From: Squalus acanthias
Taxonomy: Eukaryota
DNA: 64,000 bases
Reading direction: 5' to 3'
Assembly (NCBI GenBank): GCA_030390025.1
Contig: CM059440.1
Coordinates: 38,130,001-38,194,000, forward strand
Under the pieces are notes generated by a model. The model saw only the letters and a program-made list of their open reading frames with translations, was not told where the DNA came from and made no database searches. This document shows positions 23,905 through 35,672 of the stretch, piece after piece. The translations under genes and the position numbers were made by a program. How positions within the stretch are numbered: the first letter of the stretch is position 1; each line of letters begins with the position of its first letter.

Positions 23905-24545
23905 ATCTAGACTGACACTTCAGTAGAGTACGGTGGGAGTGCTGCACTGTGGGAGGTGACCTCCATCAGATGAGATGTTAAACTGAGGTCCCTTCTGCCT
24001 GTTTGGCTGCTTGAAGTGAACACTAAAGATGCCACGGCATTATTTGAAGAAAATCATTTTCCTGATGCCCTGACCAACATTCCTTTCCTCGATCAACCAA
24101 CGGATTAACTGGTCAAATACAATAGCAAAATACTGCGGGTGCTGGAAATCCGAAATAACAACAGAAAACGCTGGAAATACTCAGCAGGCCAGGCAGCATC
24201 CGTGGAGAGAGAAACAGAGTTAACGTTGCAGGTGGAAGACCTTTCGTCAGAACTGGAAAAAAGCAGGAAATGGAAGAGATTTTAAAGCAAGATTAGGGGC
24301 TGGGAAATGGGGGAGGGGATGAAAGAACAAAAGGGAAGGTCAGTGATAGGATGGAAGGCAGGAGAAGTAAAGAGTAAACTGGTCATTCATTTCATTGCTA
24401 TTTGTGGGATCTTGCCGTGTGCAAAATGGCTGCTGTGTTTACCCACATAACAACAGTCAGTGCATAATTGAATTCATCCTATGTGATGTGCTTTGTAATG
24501 TTTCTGAGCGATGCAGTAAGTCCCATGTAAATGCTTCTATCTTTC
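23905..24545 (+). mobile_element. Old Deu-domain SINE interrupted by Penelope family B
   Basis: Deu core and tail flank 24116-24376. Confidence 0.7.
24116..24376 (-). mobile_element. Penelope family B 3'UTR fragment (hammerhead 24218-24254 mutated)
   Basis: TSD AACTGGTCA at 24107-24115 and 24377-24385. Core GAAA is changed to GCAA. Confidence 0.8.
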
Positions 24546-25159
24546 ACGTGTTGCTGGATCTGTTCTGTGTGATTTTTAACTAGCGCATGGCTAAACCTAT
24601 AATCCAGTAAGATAATATGGGTACCAGCCTAGACTAACAGTTCACTGTGAAGGAGCCTCTCCACTATATCCAGTTGAATTTCTAATCAGCAATCCTGCCG
24701 AGATGGAATGGTAGGTGTTTGGGTGATAATTCAGCTGTGGTGATTGTAGCTATTTGAGAAATACCAGCTGGCTTTGAATAAACTGCAGAAAATTACAAAT
24801 TCAAATGGAACGGAAATTTGAGTATTTATTCATTTTCCAGTGAGGTGTTAGGGCACTGGGACTGCCCGGCATGCTGAGCGCCCTCTCTCTGCTGTGTGAC
24901 TGCTATTATTCTCAGTATTAGTTCTTCATACTTCATTAGTTCTCTGCTATGTCCAGAATGAAGAAAATCCCATAATTTACCCTGCATAACAATGGGTTCA
25001 GTTTAAAGCATCCCCTATGAAATGGCTGCCTTCATTGTAAAGGTTATGTTAAGTTCTTTGTGGATTGGGGGAGTCATTCCATTGCTTTACTCAGCTGAAG
25101 TACATTTCTTATTTGTAAGAACCTGTCCTGTGAACTGCTTGTAATGGGTTAAATCGTTA

Positions 25160-25770
25160 AAACCCTCTGAGTCAGAAGGTCATGGGCTCAAGGCCCATTT
25201 CAGAGGCTTGAGGGCATAATCTAGGCTGACAGTTCGGTGTTACACTGAGGGAAGCACTGACTGTAGGAAGTGCCGTCTATCAGATGAGACGTTAAACCTG
25301 TTTGCCCTGTCAGATGGATGCAAAAGATACAATGGCACTGTTCAAGTAAGAGTTGGGGAGTCCTCCCTTATGTCTTGGCTAATATTTATCTCTCAACCGA
25401 CACCAATAAAAAAACTTTAAAAGATTATTAGGTCATTTATCTCGTGGTTTGTGAGATCTTGCTGTGCGCAAATTGGCTGCTGCGTTTCCTACATTACAAC
25501 AGTGATTGCACGTCAAAAAAACCTTTATTGGCTGTAAAGCACTTGCGATCTCATGAAGTTGTGAAAGGCGCTATATAAATACAAGGGCCTAGAAATTCAG
25601 GATACTCTGGTGAGAATTCCCCTGCTCTTCTAGGAATTCCGAGATCTTTTATGTCCATCCGAGAAGGCAGACAGGGCTCACCCGAAAGGTAGCACCTCCA
25701 ACAGCGCAGCGCTCCGCTCAGTACTGCACTGGAGTGTCAGCCAAGGTTTTGTGTTCAAGCCTCTGGAGTG
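25160..25770. mobile_element. Two Deu-domain SINEs tail to tail (+ 25160-25585, - 25605-25830 approx.)
   Basis: Head, core and tail motifs occur in opposite orientations. Confidence 0.75.
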
Positions 25771-25834
25771 GGACTTGAACCCACGACCTTCTGACCCAGA
25801 GTGCTACCAACTGAGCCAAGGCCGACACTTTAAA

Positions 25835-26530
25835 GATCACAAGACCCGAATGGATGAGGACGGCCATTTGGCCCATCTTAGCCCATCCATCCAGAATGAC
25901 CCTACTCTCTCTCCATCCATTGTAGCATCTTATTGTTTCTTAAATGATCCCAGGATTTTCACCTCCCCAACTCTGCCCACATGTCAATTACTGTGCGAAA
26001 AAGACCCTCCTCAAGTTACCTTTTTACCAGTTTGAACTTGTCCCCTTGTCCTTGTTCTAAACTCGCAGTTTAGTTTAAAGGAGTATTCTGGATTAAACTG
26101 TTCCGTGCCATTTACTATCTTCTAAACCTCTAAGATTACGCCTCAAACGCCTCCTTTCCAGACTGAAAAGCCTGAGTTTCTCCAGCGTTTCCCTCCTAAA
26201 TCAGAGCCCTGACACTGGAGAACAGTCTTGGGCCCTCCTCCGCACTGCCTCCAGCACTTAGCTGTCTCTCTTGTTTCTCAGTAATCAGAACTGGGCGCAG
26301 TTCCCAAGGTGTGATCTGACCAGAGCCCTGTACGGTTTGATCAAGATTTCCCTTCGTCTGCATTAAATTTCACCTGCCATTATTCTGCCCACTCACATTT
26401 TGTTTTGCTCATCCTGTAATCTAGGATCTGCTTTTTCTGATTCCACTGCCCCTCCTAGTTTAACATCATTGGAAAAGGTGAACATTTTTGTTGTGAGTCA
26501 CTGATGCAAATTCGAAGCAGTATTGGTTTC
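25835..26530 (-). mobile_element. Old CR1 LINE fragment
   Basis: Degenerate reverse complement of the CR1 RT C-terminus and 3'UTR. Confidence 0.6.
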
Positions 26531-26728
26531 AACACGCAGGGTTAGGAATAGATCCACATGGCTTGTTAATGACCTGAATGTATGAATCGAGATCTCTTGA
26601 GTGACACAAACCTCAATCGGTAATGTTGGTTTTTGCCTCCTTTTTCTTAGGGAACACCCGAGCAGGTTGACACAAATCTCGCTGGGAATTGGATCATTGA
26701 AGGCAGAATTAGTTGTCCTGGAAGTACA

Positions 26729-26789
26729 ATGAAGATTCCACTGCTGCTGCTAATTGCCAATCTAAATCTCGTCTGTGGATTCATCCCAG
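26729..26789 (+). CDS. alpl: Alkaline phosphatase, tissue-nonspecific: first coding exon (signal peptide). Exon spans 26651-26789 including 5'UTR.
   Basis: Acceptor tttttcttag ends at 26650. ATG at 26729 gives the hydrophobic MKIPLLLLIANLNLVCGFIP+G. Donor GTACAG at 26790. 61 coding nt, phase 1, splices in frame to the next exon (E codon G|AG), as in vertebrate ALPL exon 2. Confidence 0.85.
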
Positions 26790-26964
26790 GTACAGTCATT
26801 TAATAAAAACCGGCTTCGTTAAACCCGTTGACCACAGGTTTTTTTTTTCAGTCTTGTAGCCAAAATAAAACCAAAGATTTCACGCTGGATGTTGCATAAG
26901 TACAATGAAATATTTTTTTCAATCGTTTCTTTGTGAACTGCACTTTGTTGAAGCCCCTGTCTGT

Positions 26965-27267
26965 GTACCCTCCTCCAGCCCTACAATCCTCGAGATATCT
27001 GCGCTCCTCCAATTCTGGCCTCTTGTGCATTCCCGTTTTTAATCGCTCCGGCAGTCGTGCCTCCAGCTGCCTGGGCCCTGAACTCTGGAATTCCCTCCCT
27101 ACACCTCTCCGCCTCTCTACCTCTCTCTCCTCCCTTAAGACGCTCCTTAAAACCTCATCGGCCCTAATATCCCCTAATGTGGCTTGGTGTCAAATTTTGT
27201 TTGATAACGCTCCTGTAAAGCTCCTTTTACTACGTTAAAGGCGCTATATAAATGCAAGTTGTTGTTG
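26965..27267 (+). mobile_element. L2 LINE 3' end
   Basis: Encodes LRSSNSGLL...LWNSLP, followed by a ttg tail. Confidence 0.8.
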
Positions 27268-28469
27268 GGCTTCCCTGGTCCAGGACCATATCCAGGCAGA
27301 GGTGACCTATTCTCAGCCCTCTGCCCCTATGTTGCTCCCACCAGCCATTCAAAGGCACTTCAGACTGAGCTGTGGTGATTTGCCCCTGGTTTTTTTTCCG
27401 TCCCCTTTCTCTGGGGCGAAGTCCCATCCTATGATGGAACAACTCAGTTGCCAACATGTACCTACACTGATTTGGTACTGTGTGGGCAATGAGTGCGGGA
27501 ACCACGTTCAGCACAGACCTTGTAGGTGCGTGTGGATCGTGATTGTCTTTTGCACAATTTATAGATCTTCAGTAGCACACTAGTCTGTTCCCTGAGGAGG
27601 ATCCCACTGTGGTGTCAGACGAGAGGCCGATGGCCTGTGGGACTGAGAAACAGCTTGCTGGAATTTTTCAACATTTTTTCAAGGGAACACAACAGTGAAG
27701 AAATGTTCGGTGGTTATGATCTAAGGGCTATGGTTCCAGTCGTTATTTCTCTGATGTTTATGACTCAATGAACTCAACTGCTATTTTCTTGCTGGCATCA
27801 CAGAAACAGGAGTGGGCCATTCAGCCCCTCGAGCCTGTTCCGCCATTTAGTTAGACCATGGCTGATCTATAACTGAACTCCATTTACCCGCCTTGGTTCT
27901 GTAACCTTTAACACCCTTGCCTAACAAAAATGATCTATTATGTCGATATTTGAGATTTTGTGTTTGTATCTTCAAGCCATCAGCCTCTGCCCTTCACCCT
28001 AAATTCTGGCTCCGTTACTGCCAGGGTAAGTATATCAGCCCAACACTCCTGGGCTACTAATGTTTTAATGCTGTCTTCACTATTTCTTCCACATGACAGG
28101 TTGGCAGATCATTAGCCCTGTGGTTTGAAGAGACTTAAATATTTCAAACTCTGTATGATGTTTTGGGATATGATGTGTGAACGCTCGTCCTGATCTGCCA
28201 GTGATAACGATCTGTGCTTCTCCTCATAAAGCTGGAGGCTGTAAACACTGTAAATAGTGCCTTCATAGCTCATGACCAATTCAGATGAAATTGGTACCTA
28301 TTGTGTGAATTGACACTTCTCATTCATTTAAACACGGGGAATGTGACTGGAGCCTGATCAGTATAACATTGCACTTTTTGATTGATGTAGCGTTACAGTA
28401 GCTGCAGCTTCACTGTTTACCAAGTAAAAACATGAGAGTCAACACAGATGTAGCCATATTCATGTGTTG

Positions 28470-28669
28470 ATGTGGAGATGCCGGTGTTGGACTGGGGTGG
28501 ACAAATGTGAGAAGTCGCACAACACCAGGTTATAATCCAACAGCTTTATTTGAAATCACAAGCTTTCGGAGCACTGCTCCTTCGTCAGACGAAGGAGCAG
28601 CGCTCCGAAAGCTTGTGATTTCAAATAAAACTGTTGGACTATAACCTGGTGTTGTGCGACTTCTCACAT
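28470..28669. mobile_element. Penelope-type fold-back element, family A copy 3
   Basis: TSD ATATTCATGTGTTG at 28456-28469 and 28670-28683. The palindrome axis at about 28587 lies inside the hammerhead core. Confidence 0.85.
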
Positions 28670-29396
28670 ATATTCATGTGTTGCAAGGGGGGGGGGGGGT
28701 GGGGGAACTCACTTTAGCTGGCAGTATCTCCGTATATGAATGTGGGTATTAGTTTCGGCGTAAACTATTACAATTCGTAGTTGTGGATATTCTCGCAGGA
28801 TATGGTCACCTGGCACTCGCGATCTTTCACGAGATGCCCCCCACTCAATCTCCTGAAGACTAACCACTCGCCTTGATTATTTGGTATTTTTTTCAGATCT
28901 TTATCAAGCTCCATACATGTTCCGAGAGTTTGTTGAGAATATCGGCAGTATTTATTTGTAGTATTTGCATCTTCCTTTTGCTAAAATGGCCTTCTTCGTG
29001 CATTTATAAACCATCCCTGGGCTTTCCTAACTCTTTGGAAGAAAAGATTTTCACTCGACTTGTTCTTGATTTCATTTTGAAAACTCCCTGCTGAGGTCTG
29101 ACCTAGAAACTTTTAAGTTTACCCATCTTGAATATCTTGTTTTTTTACTCCTATCCTTCACCAAAATACTTCCTCTTACTAGACCCTTGGTGTCTTTTGA
29201 AAGCAGACTTGCTGTAAAGGCCTATTTAACCTATCATTTCAGTCACGAGCTGATTGGCTGTTGAAAATAGACATGCTGGGAGTTGTCCGTGTGCCCAATT
29301 TAAATTCATTCTTAAACAACCAGACCTCCCCTGCCGCCCCCCCCCGGCCCAGTGCAACTGATAGATACTTCCGTCTGATTTCTGAGCAAAATCTGT

Positions 29397-30221
29397 GGGC
29401 CGCGATTTTCTGCTTCGAGGCGGCTTGGGAGCGGGGTCAGCTGTCTTCCGGGTTCCAGTCCTGCCCCCAACTACATCCGGCCCACAGACGTAATTTTACG
29501 TCAATTGGCCTTGCCGGCCAATTAAGAGGAAGCTGATGTCAGATGACGTCATTTGATGACGCGTCATCTGCCGGTTTTCTTAAAGGGACCACGCACAATT
29601 TTTTTTTGACAGCTGATTTCTCAGTGTTTGACAGCATTGAGGTGTTCACAGGTGAGCTCTTGCACCCAGGCTCTCCAATGACTCTCTTCTTAGGCTAGAA
29701 CAGATGGCAGCTGCAGATGAGGTAACAGAAGCGATCTGTCACTGGTGAGAGAGGTTCTCCCAATGAGGTGGGACTAGACATGCAATTCAAAACCTGTTAC
29801 CTGCAGAAAAGTCTAAATGCATTAAAAATGAATTTCCCAACATTTTCTTACCTCTGAGACTCACCAGTGCACCATTGGATCCTTCACCCCACTTCTGCAG
29901 CTATCATCAATGCAGAAACATTACAGCAGACTCACAACACGCCACACTTACCTGGCGTGGTGTCCGGACGTCGGGAAGCTCGCAGTAGAAGTGTCAAAAT
30001 TGGAATAAGCCTGTTAACTGCCTGTTAACAAGCAGTTAAGTGGCTATAATCCTCTTCCCGCCGCTATGTGTCGGGTCCATGCGTAAATCAGGGACCTGAC
30101 ACTTGGGAAGATTAATTGGAGGCGGGTTGACAGCGGGTTTCCGACCCGCTGTCAATCTTTGCGATTTTGCCAGATGTCCCGCCTCCAAACCCGCCCCCTG
30201 AGCGCCGGCAAAATTCCGGCC
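29397..30221. mobile_element. Harbinger-like MITE; same family as 41950-42761 in the opposite orientation
   Basis: TIR gggccgcgatttt / aaaattccggcc. 30010-30062 is the reverse complement of about 42109-42160. Confidence 0.7.
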
Positions 30222-30804
30222 ATAGTATCTGGATTGTTCCATTTTTGTTTTGAAGGAGGGTGTGATGGGATACTCACGTCGGCTTCAATGCAGTTTTATT
30301 TTTTTATTTTTTGGCCATTTCTCTCTTCACCGTCCCCATGATCCCCTCCCCCAGTCTCCCTCCCCCAGCCCCCCCTCCCCCCCACCGCCCATTCTCAGGG
30401 AAAACCCTTTCACTGATTTGGTTTGCAAAACTGATAAATTCTGGCCATCCTTTGCTTGCCATTTTTTTGTTGAAATACCTCAAACTGGAAGTGAGTGGCG
30501 GAGAGGAGCTACCAACTCCAAGTTGCAAAGGGATTTGAATTAATTTGGATGCATCATTGATCATGGGCATTCTTTCAGAGTGTTGGCAGGAGGTATCGCT
30601 TCTGAGAGACTCCACTCTTATGGTTAATCTTGCTTTGAACTGAAGCTGAAATGCACAAAATAAAATGACTGTTTAAACCATGAAGCAACATAAATATTTT
30701 CTGACATAGCTATGTGAATTAATATGTGTAAAAAGCCATTACATTTTGCAAAGCATTGCCTTATAAAAGCATCTTGTTAGGGCAGGTTTGCAACTGCAAC
30801 AACG

Positions 30805-31313
30805 GGAACGGTAGCATAGTGGTTATGTTACTGGACTAGTAATCCAGAGGCCTGGACTAATCATCTGCGAGACATGTAGTTCAAATCCCACCACAGCAGC
30901 TGGGGAATTTAAATTCAGTTAATTAAATAAATTTGGAATAAAAAGCCAGTGCCAGTAATGATGACCATGAAACTATCAGATTGTCGTATAAAACCCATCT
31001 GGTTCACTAATGTCATTTAGGGAAGGAAATTTGGCATCCTTACCCAGTCTGGCCGATATGTGACTCCAGACCCACAGCAATGTGGTTGACTCTTAACTGC
31101 CCTCTGAAATGGCCTAGCAAGCCCCTCAGTTGTAAAAGACTGCTACGAAAAACGCTAACTCCCCAACAGCACTGGTGGGAGTACCTTCACCACACGGACT
31201 GCAGCGGTTCAAGAAGGTGGCTCACCACCACCTTTTTGAGGGCAATTAGGGATGGACAATAAATGTTGGCCTTGCCAGCGACGCCCACATCCCATGAACA
31301 AATAAATAAAAAA
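30805..31313 (+). mobile_element. tRNA-derived SINE sharing its 3' tail with the LINE at 52020-52720
   Basis: A-box and B-box head (ggtagcatagtggtta ... gttcaaatccc). The 3' part matches the LINE tail ending gcgacgcccacatcccatgaa. Confidence 0.8.
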
Positions 31314-31744
31314 GTTTAACTGCTACAAGCGGAGCCATTTCTCCACCGAACCTACTGGAATGCAGGTCCTGGAGGTGATGAGAATCACGAGTAACTTCCT
31401 CAGTGGTTCGGTTGGTTAAGGGTGTGAGACCAGGGAAAGGTCAGCTTTGACCCAGTCTCTGATAAGTCCGTCAAGATGGCAGTAGGGTTGCTAGAATTAG
31501 CCTCAGCACACTCTGGACTAGGGCAGTTAAATTGGACAGTGTTTCCATTCTTGGCTGCTGTCCAACCACCTGTGCTTGTGTGAGTGCGCGTGAACGGACT
31601 CTAGTTGAGGACATGATTAGGCTTGGCTGTGTTGCCACTGCAGTTTGAATAGCCCGCTGCAAAAGCTGACAGGTGGAAAAACAAGCACGTGGATGAAATA
31701 CCAGAAGGTTGCCGGGACCTCTGTTATGTGTGGTGGAAAATTTC

Positions 31745-33500
31745 AGAAACTGCAGACAAGACCAAAAATGGGAGAGTGGTTAACTGTGAAGTGATTTCAA
31801 GAGGAAATAGACAGATTGGTGCATTGTGCAGATAGATGTCAGATACAACTTAATGCAGAGAAATATGAGATGATATAGAGTGGGAGGATGAATAAGGACA
31901 GGAAATACATACACTAAATGGTAAAACCTTAAAAGTAGAGGAGCAGAGAGAGTTCAATCTTTAAATGTGGGCGGACAAGTTCCAAAGAAAACCTATGGAA
32001 TGCTCGGTTTGTAAATAGGGGCACAGAGGTCAAAAGCAAAGAGTTAATACTAAACTTCCACAAATCTTTGGTTAGGCAATATAAGAGAATATTGGGGTTG
32101 AATTTCCATGGGGGTTCTCCCCATCGCTTGCCCTAACTTCGAAAGATCTGTGGAAACCCTGTAAAGTTGGTGTCAATGCCGTTTGCCCCTTTCCCCCAGT
32201 TTTCTGCGGATCTTCCACTGAAGTTATGCCAGACGTTGGGGGGAATCCCCACCAAAATCAAACCCCGTTGTGTCCAGTTTTACTTTAGGAAGGATGTGAA
32301 AGCCAGGGATTATGAGAGGATGGGACAGGGTGGGTAGAAGCAGACTGTTTACTGTAGCTGATGGGTTTAGAACAAGGGGCCATGGATAGAAGGTTGAATG
32401 TAAGAGATTTCGAACAGAGGGCAGGAGAAACTTCTTCACGCAGAGAGGTGTGAGGTTGTGGAATTCAGTCCCAGGGCTAGTGGGTGAAACTATGTCAACA
32501 TTGAAGATTAGGTTGGAGAGGTGGGTGAAGGAAAAGGGGTTGAAGGGATATGGAAACAGGGAGGGTAAATGTGATTTGGACTATTTGCTCATATGGTGGG
32601 TAAACACCGACATGGACTGGTTGGGCTGAATGGCCTGTTTCTGTGTTGTAATTTCTATGGGTAGATTGCAGATGAAATTCTCTAAGATGTTACCAGGGAT
32701 GAGAAGAGGCTAGAGAAACTAGGGGTTCATTTCACAGCACAAAGAAGGTTAAAAGATTGAAGAGGGCTGTTCAAAATTAAAGAGGATAAATTGGGAAAAA
32801 GTATTTCCACTGGCAAGTGAATCGGCAACTAGAGGGCATAAATTTAAAATCTTCATCAAAAGAATGAAGGGAGATTTTTTTTAATACCAGAAACAGTAAT
32901 GGAAGTAAAATCCACAACAGCTTTTAAAACGGAACTGAATAAATATTTAAAATAAAAGATATTTTAACAGGTATGAGGAAAGGACAGGGGAATGGGACTA
33001 AGTGGACAGTCTCTATCAGAGAGCAGGACTGCACAGGCACGACAGACTGATAGGCCTCCTGCTGTGCTGTAAAATTCTGTTGTGCCATTAAGTATATTAA
33101 AAGTCTGCATGGATTATGAAAAGTATCTCCCTTCCCTGGCCAAAGAATGCTTAGATGTTGTTGGGCAATTTTCAAAGTTATGAAAGGTTTTGAGGGGGTA
33201 ACTAGTTGAAGGTTGATCCCACTGATTGGCGAATCGGTAACAAGGGTTACAGACTGAGGATTATCACTAGCGGACGAAAGGGGGAGGTTAGAAATTATTT
33301 CACGCAGAGAGTTAGTAGGACATGGAATGCTTTATCACAAGTGGCTATTGAGGTAGAGACTGCAAGATTATTTAAAAGGGAATTTGCTCCACATTTAAGA
33401 AGGAAGAACATAAAAGGATATGGAAAAAGGGCAGGAAAATGGGATTGGAGTAGAGCGCTCTAGTTCAGGACCGAGCACAGGCGCAGTGGGCTGAATGATG
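31745..33500 (+). mobile_element. Cluster of old CR1 3' fragments
   Basis: Several degenerate FQEEIDRL, RTRGH, FFTQR and WN segments plus CR1 3'UTRs. Confidence 0.7.
32094..32266. mobile_element. Short MITE inserted in CR1
   Basis: TIR GGGGTTGAATTT / AAAATCAAACCCC. Probable 3-bp TSD att/gtt. Splits the CR1 EYCVQF codons. Confidence 0.65.
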
Positions 33501-34316
33501 GCCGCCTTTTATACACATTCGCCTGCGAGGCTCGACATTTTGAGATGATGCCGAGCAGCATTTGTTGCCCAAGTGCCACAACTTAGCACAATATACATCC
33601 CAGAGGCTGCGAGAATGCCAGTTTCTGACTGTTGGGAAGAATTGTTTTCCGAGTTCTGGGAGGAGCCATCGCTGCAGCGACCCTGTGGAGGATCGCGCTC
33701 TGCATGAAGCGGCATATTAGTGCAAGTGGACACTTCCCCCAATAACCAATCCCGAATTTCCATTGAACGCTGCATTTACATCTGGTGAAACCATACGGAT
33801 TGCCGCAAATGCCGTTTTGTGATGAAACATTCATTTTATTTGGCTAATTGTCTCATAACTCTCCATTTAATTCTTGCAATTTAAGTCAGACAGTAATAAA
33901 GCCTAGTTGGATTTCGACTTGAATCTCCTCTGCACCCTATCCATAGAAGTTAGGACGTGGAAACTGGCCATTCGGCCCATCCAGTCCGTGTCGGCATTCA
34001 CCCTCCACACGAAAGATAGTTCTAACCACATTTACCCGCCCCGTTCCCATATCCCTTCATCTCCTTTTACTCCTGGTGGAATAAAGTGTTTAAAATGGTG
34101 AAAATGTAATTCGCTATCTAAGAATTGACTAAAATGGTATTTAATTCACTGGTGGTAAGCAACACGGTGGGGAGTTACTGCAAGTATCCAGTTCTGAAGT
34201 GTTTGTTTTTTAATCAGACGGAGCTAAAGTCACTGAGCATTCCAAAGGAGGGACCTCTTCCCCAAAACATCTTCCTACCCCTCCCACTAGTTGGTCGAGC
34301 TGAAATGAAACACTTA

Positions 34317-34574
34317 TGGCGCGAAATTCAGTTACGCTCCGTTTGGGGGCGGTAACCGAGTTAAGGCCGGGCATTTAGCGCTTGGGGTGGAAGTACCGCC
34401 CCGGCCGCTAAATTCGGCTTACCGCCCCGCACAGGAAGTGGAGCCCAATCTCGGGCGCTCCACTTCCTGGTGGGGTGGTAACCGAGGCGATGTCGGGGCG
34501 CGATCAGGCAGCGCACCGCGGGCGCTCCCCCGGAGGCGCTAACGGCAGGCACAAAGGAGCTGAATTTCTAGCCC
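34317..34574. mobile_element. Short GC-rich MITE related to 15814-16609
   Basis: TIR ggcgcgaaattcag / ctgaatttctagccc. Shares the ggcgctaacgg...gctgaattt end. Confidence 0.7.
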
Positions 34575-34759
34575 TAATGTGTGAGTTATAGAGAACATTA
34601 GTTCACATCATGTTACTGTGTGCTGTGCCATTTCATTGTCCCATTGCAAGGTGTCTAACTGTACCCGCATCTACTTGTGAAGCATAAAGTATCTGGGGCA
34701 TTGTAACCGACACCAGAGAAAAGCACATACATTGTATGGAGGGAGGTCAGGGCTAACAT

Positions 34760-34930
34760 TCACATGTGCACATGTATCTCTGTGTGTGTGCTTGTATCTG
34801 TGTGTATCTCTAGTATCTGTGTGTTTGTGCGTATCTCTGCGTACATGTGTGTCTGTGTGCATGTGTGTATCGGTGGATGCATGTGTATCTATGTTACATC
34901 TGTATGCATGTGCATATATGCGTGTGCACA
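34760..34930. repeat. Degenerate (TG)n simple repeat
   Basis: Visible TG/TGTA periodicity. Confidence 0.8.
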
Positions 34931-35672
34931 TCTTCTCCCTTCTTAGGCAGTCCCTCGGAACCGAGGATGACTTGCTTCCACACTAAAAATGAGTTCTCAG
35001 GTGACTGATGAGTCCAATGCGGGACCTACAGTCTCTGTCACAGGTGGGGCAGACGGCGGGTGGGTGGGGTGCTTGGGTTGACATGCGCGCCTTCCGCTGT
35101 TTGCGCTTGGCTTCCGCTTGCTCCCGGTGAAGAGACTCGAGGTGTTCGGTGCCTTCCCGGATGCTTCTCATTCACTTTGAGCGGTCTTGGGCCAGGGATT
35201 CCCAGATGCCAGTGGAGATGTTGCACTTTTTCAAGGAGGCTTTGATGGTGTCCTTGAAGCGTTTCCTTTGCCCACCTGGGGCTCTCCTGCCGTGTCGGAG
35301 TTCCGAGTAGAGCGCTTGTTTTGGGAGTCTCGTATCGGGCATGCAGACGATGTGACCCTTCCATCGGAGCTGATCGAGCGTGGTCAAAGCTTCGCTGCTG
35401 GGGATGTTGGCCTGAGCGAGAACACTGATGTTGGTGTGCCTATCCTGCCAATGGATTTGCAGGATCTTGCAGAGGCAGCGTTTGGTGGTACCTCTCCAGT
35501 GCTTTGAGGTGCCTGCTGTAAATGGTCCATGTCTCTGAGGCATACAGGAGGGCGGGTATCACTACTGCTCTGTAGACCATGAGCTTGGTGCCGGGTTTGA
35601 GGTCCTGGTCTTCAAACACTCTCTTCCTCAGGCGACCGAAGGCTGCACTGGCACACTGAAGGCGGTGTTGGA
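34931..35672 (-). mobile_element. RTE-clade LINE 3' fragment
   Basis: Encodes CLCKILQIHWQD, RLPKQALYSEL, GGQRKRFKD and a C-terminal CPTC...H motif. Confidence 0.92.

Noticed and set aside
30805-30900. Possible tRNA genes (also heads at about 11040, 25770 and 47370)
   Set aside because: They are SINE heads continuing into SINE bodies; no full cloverleaf.
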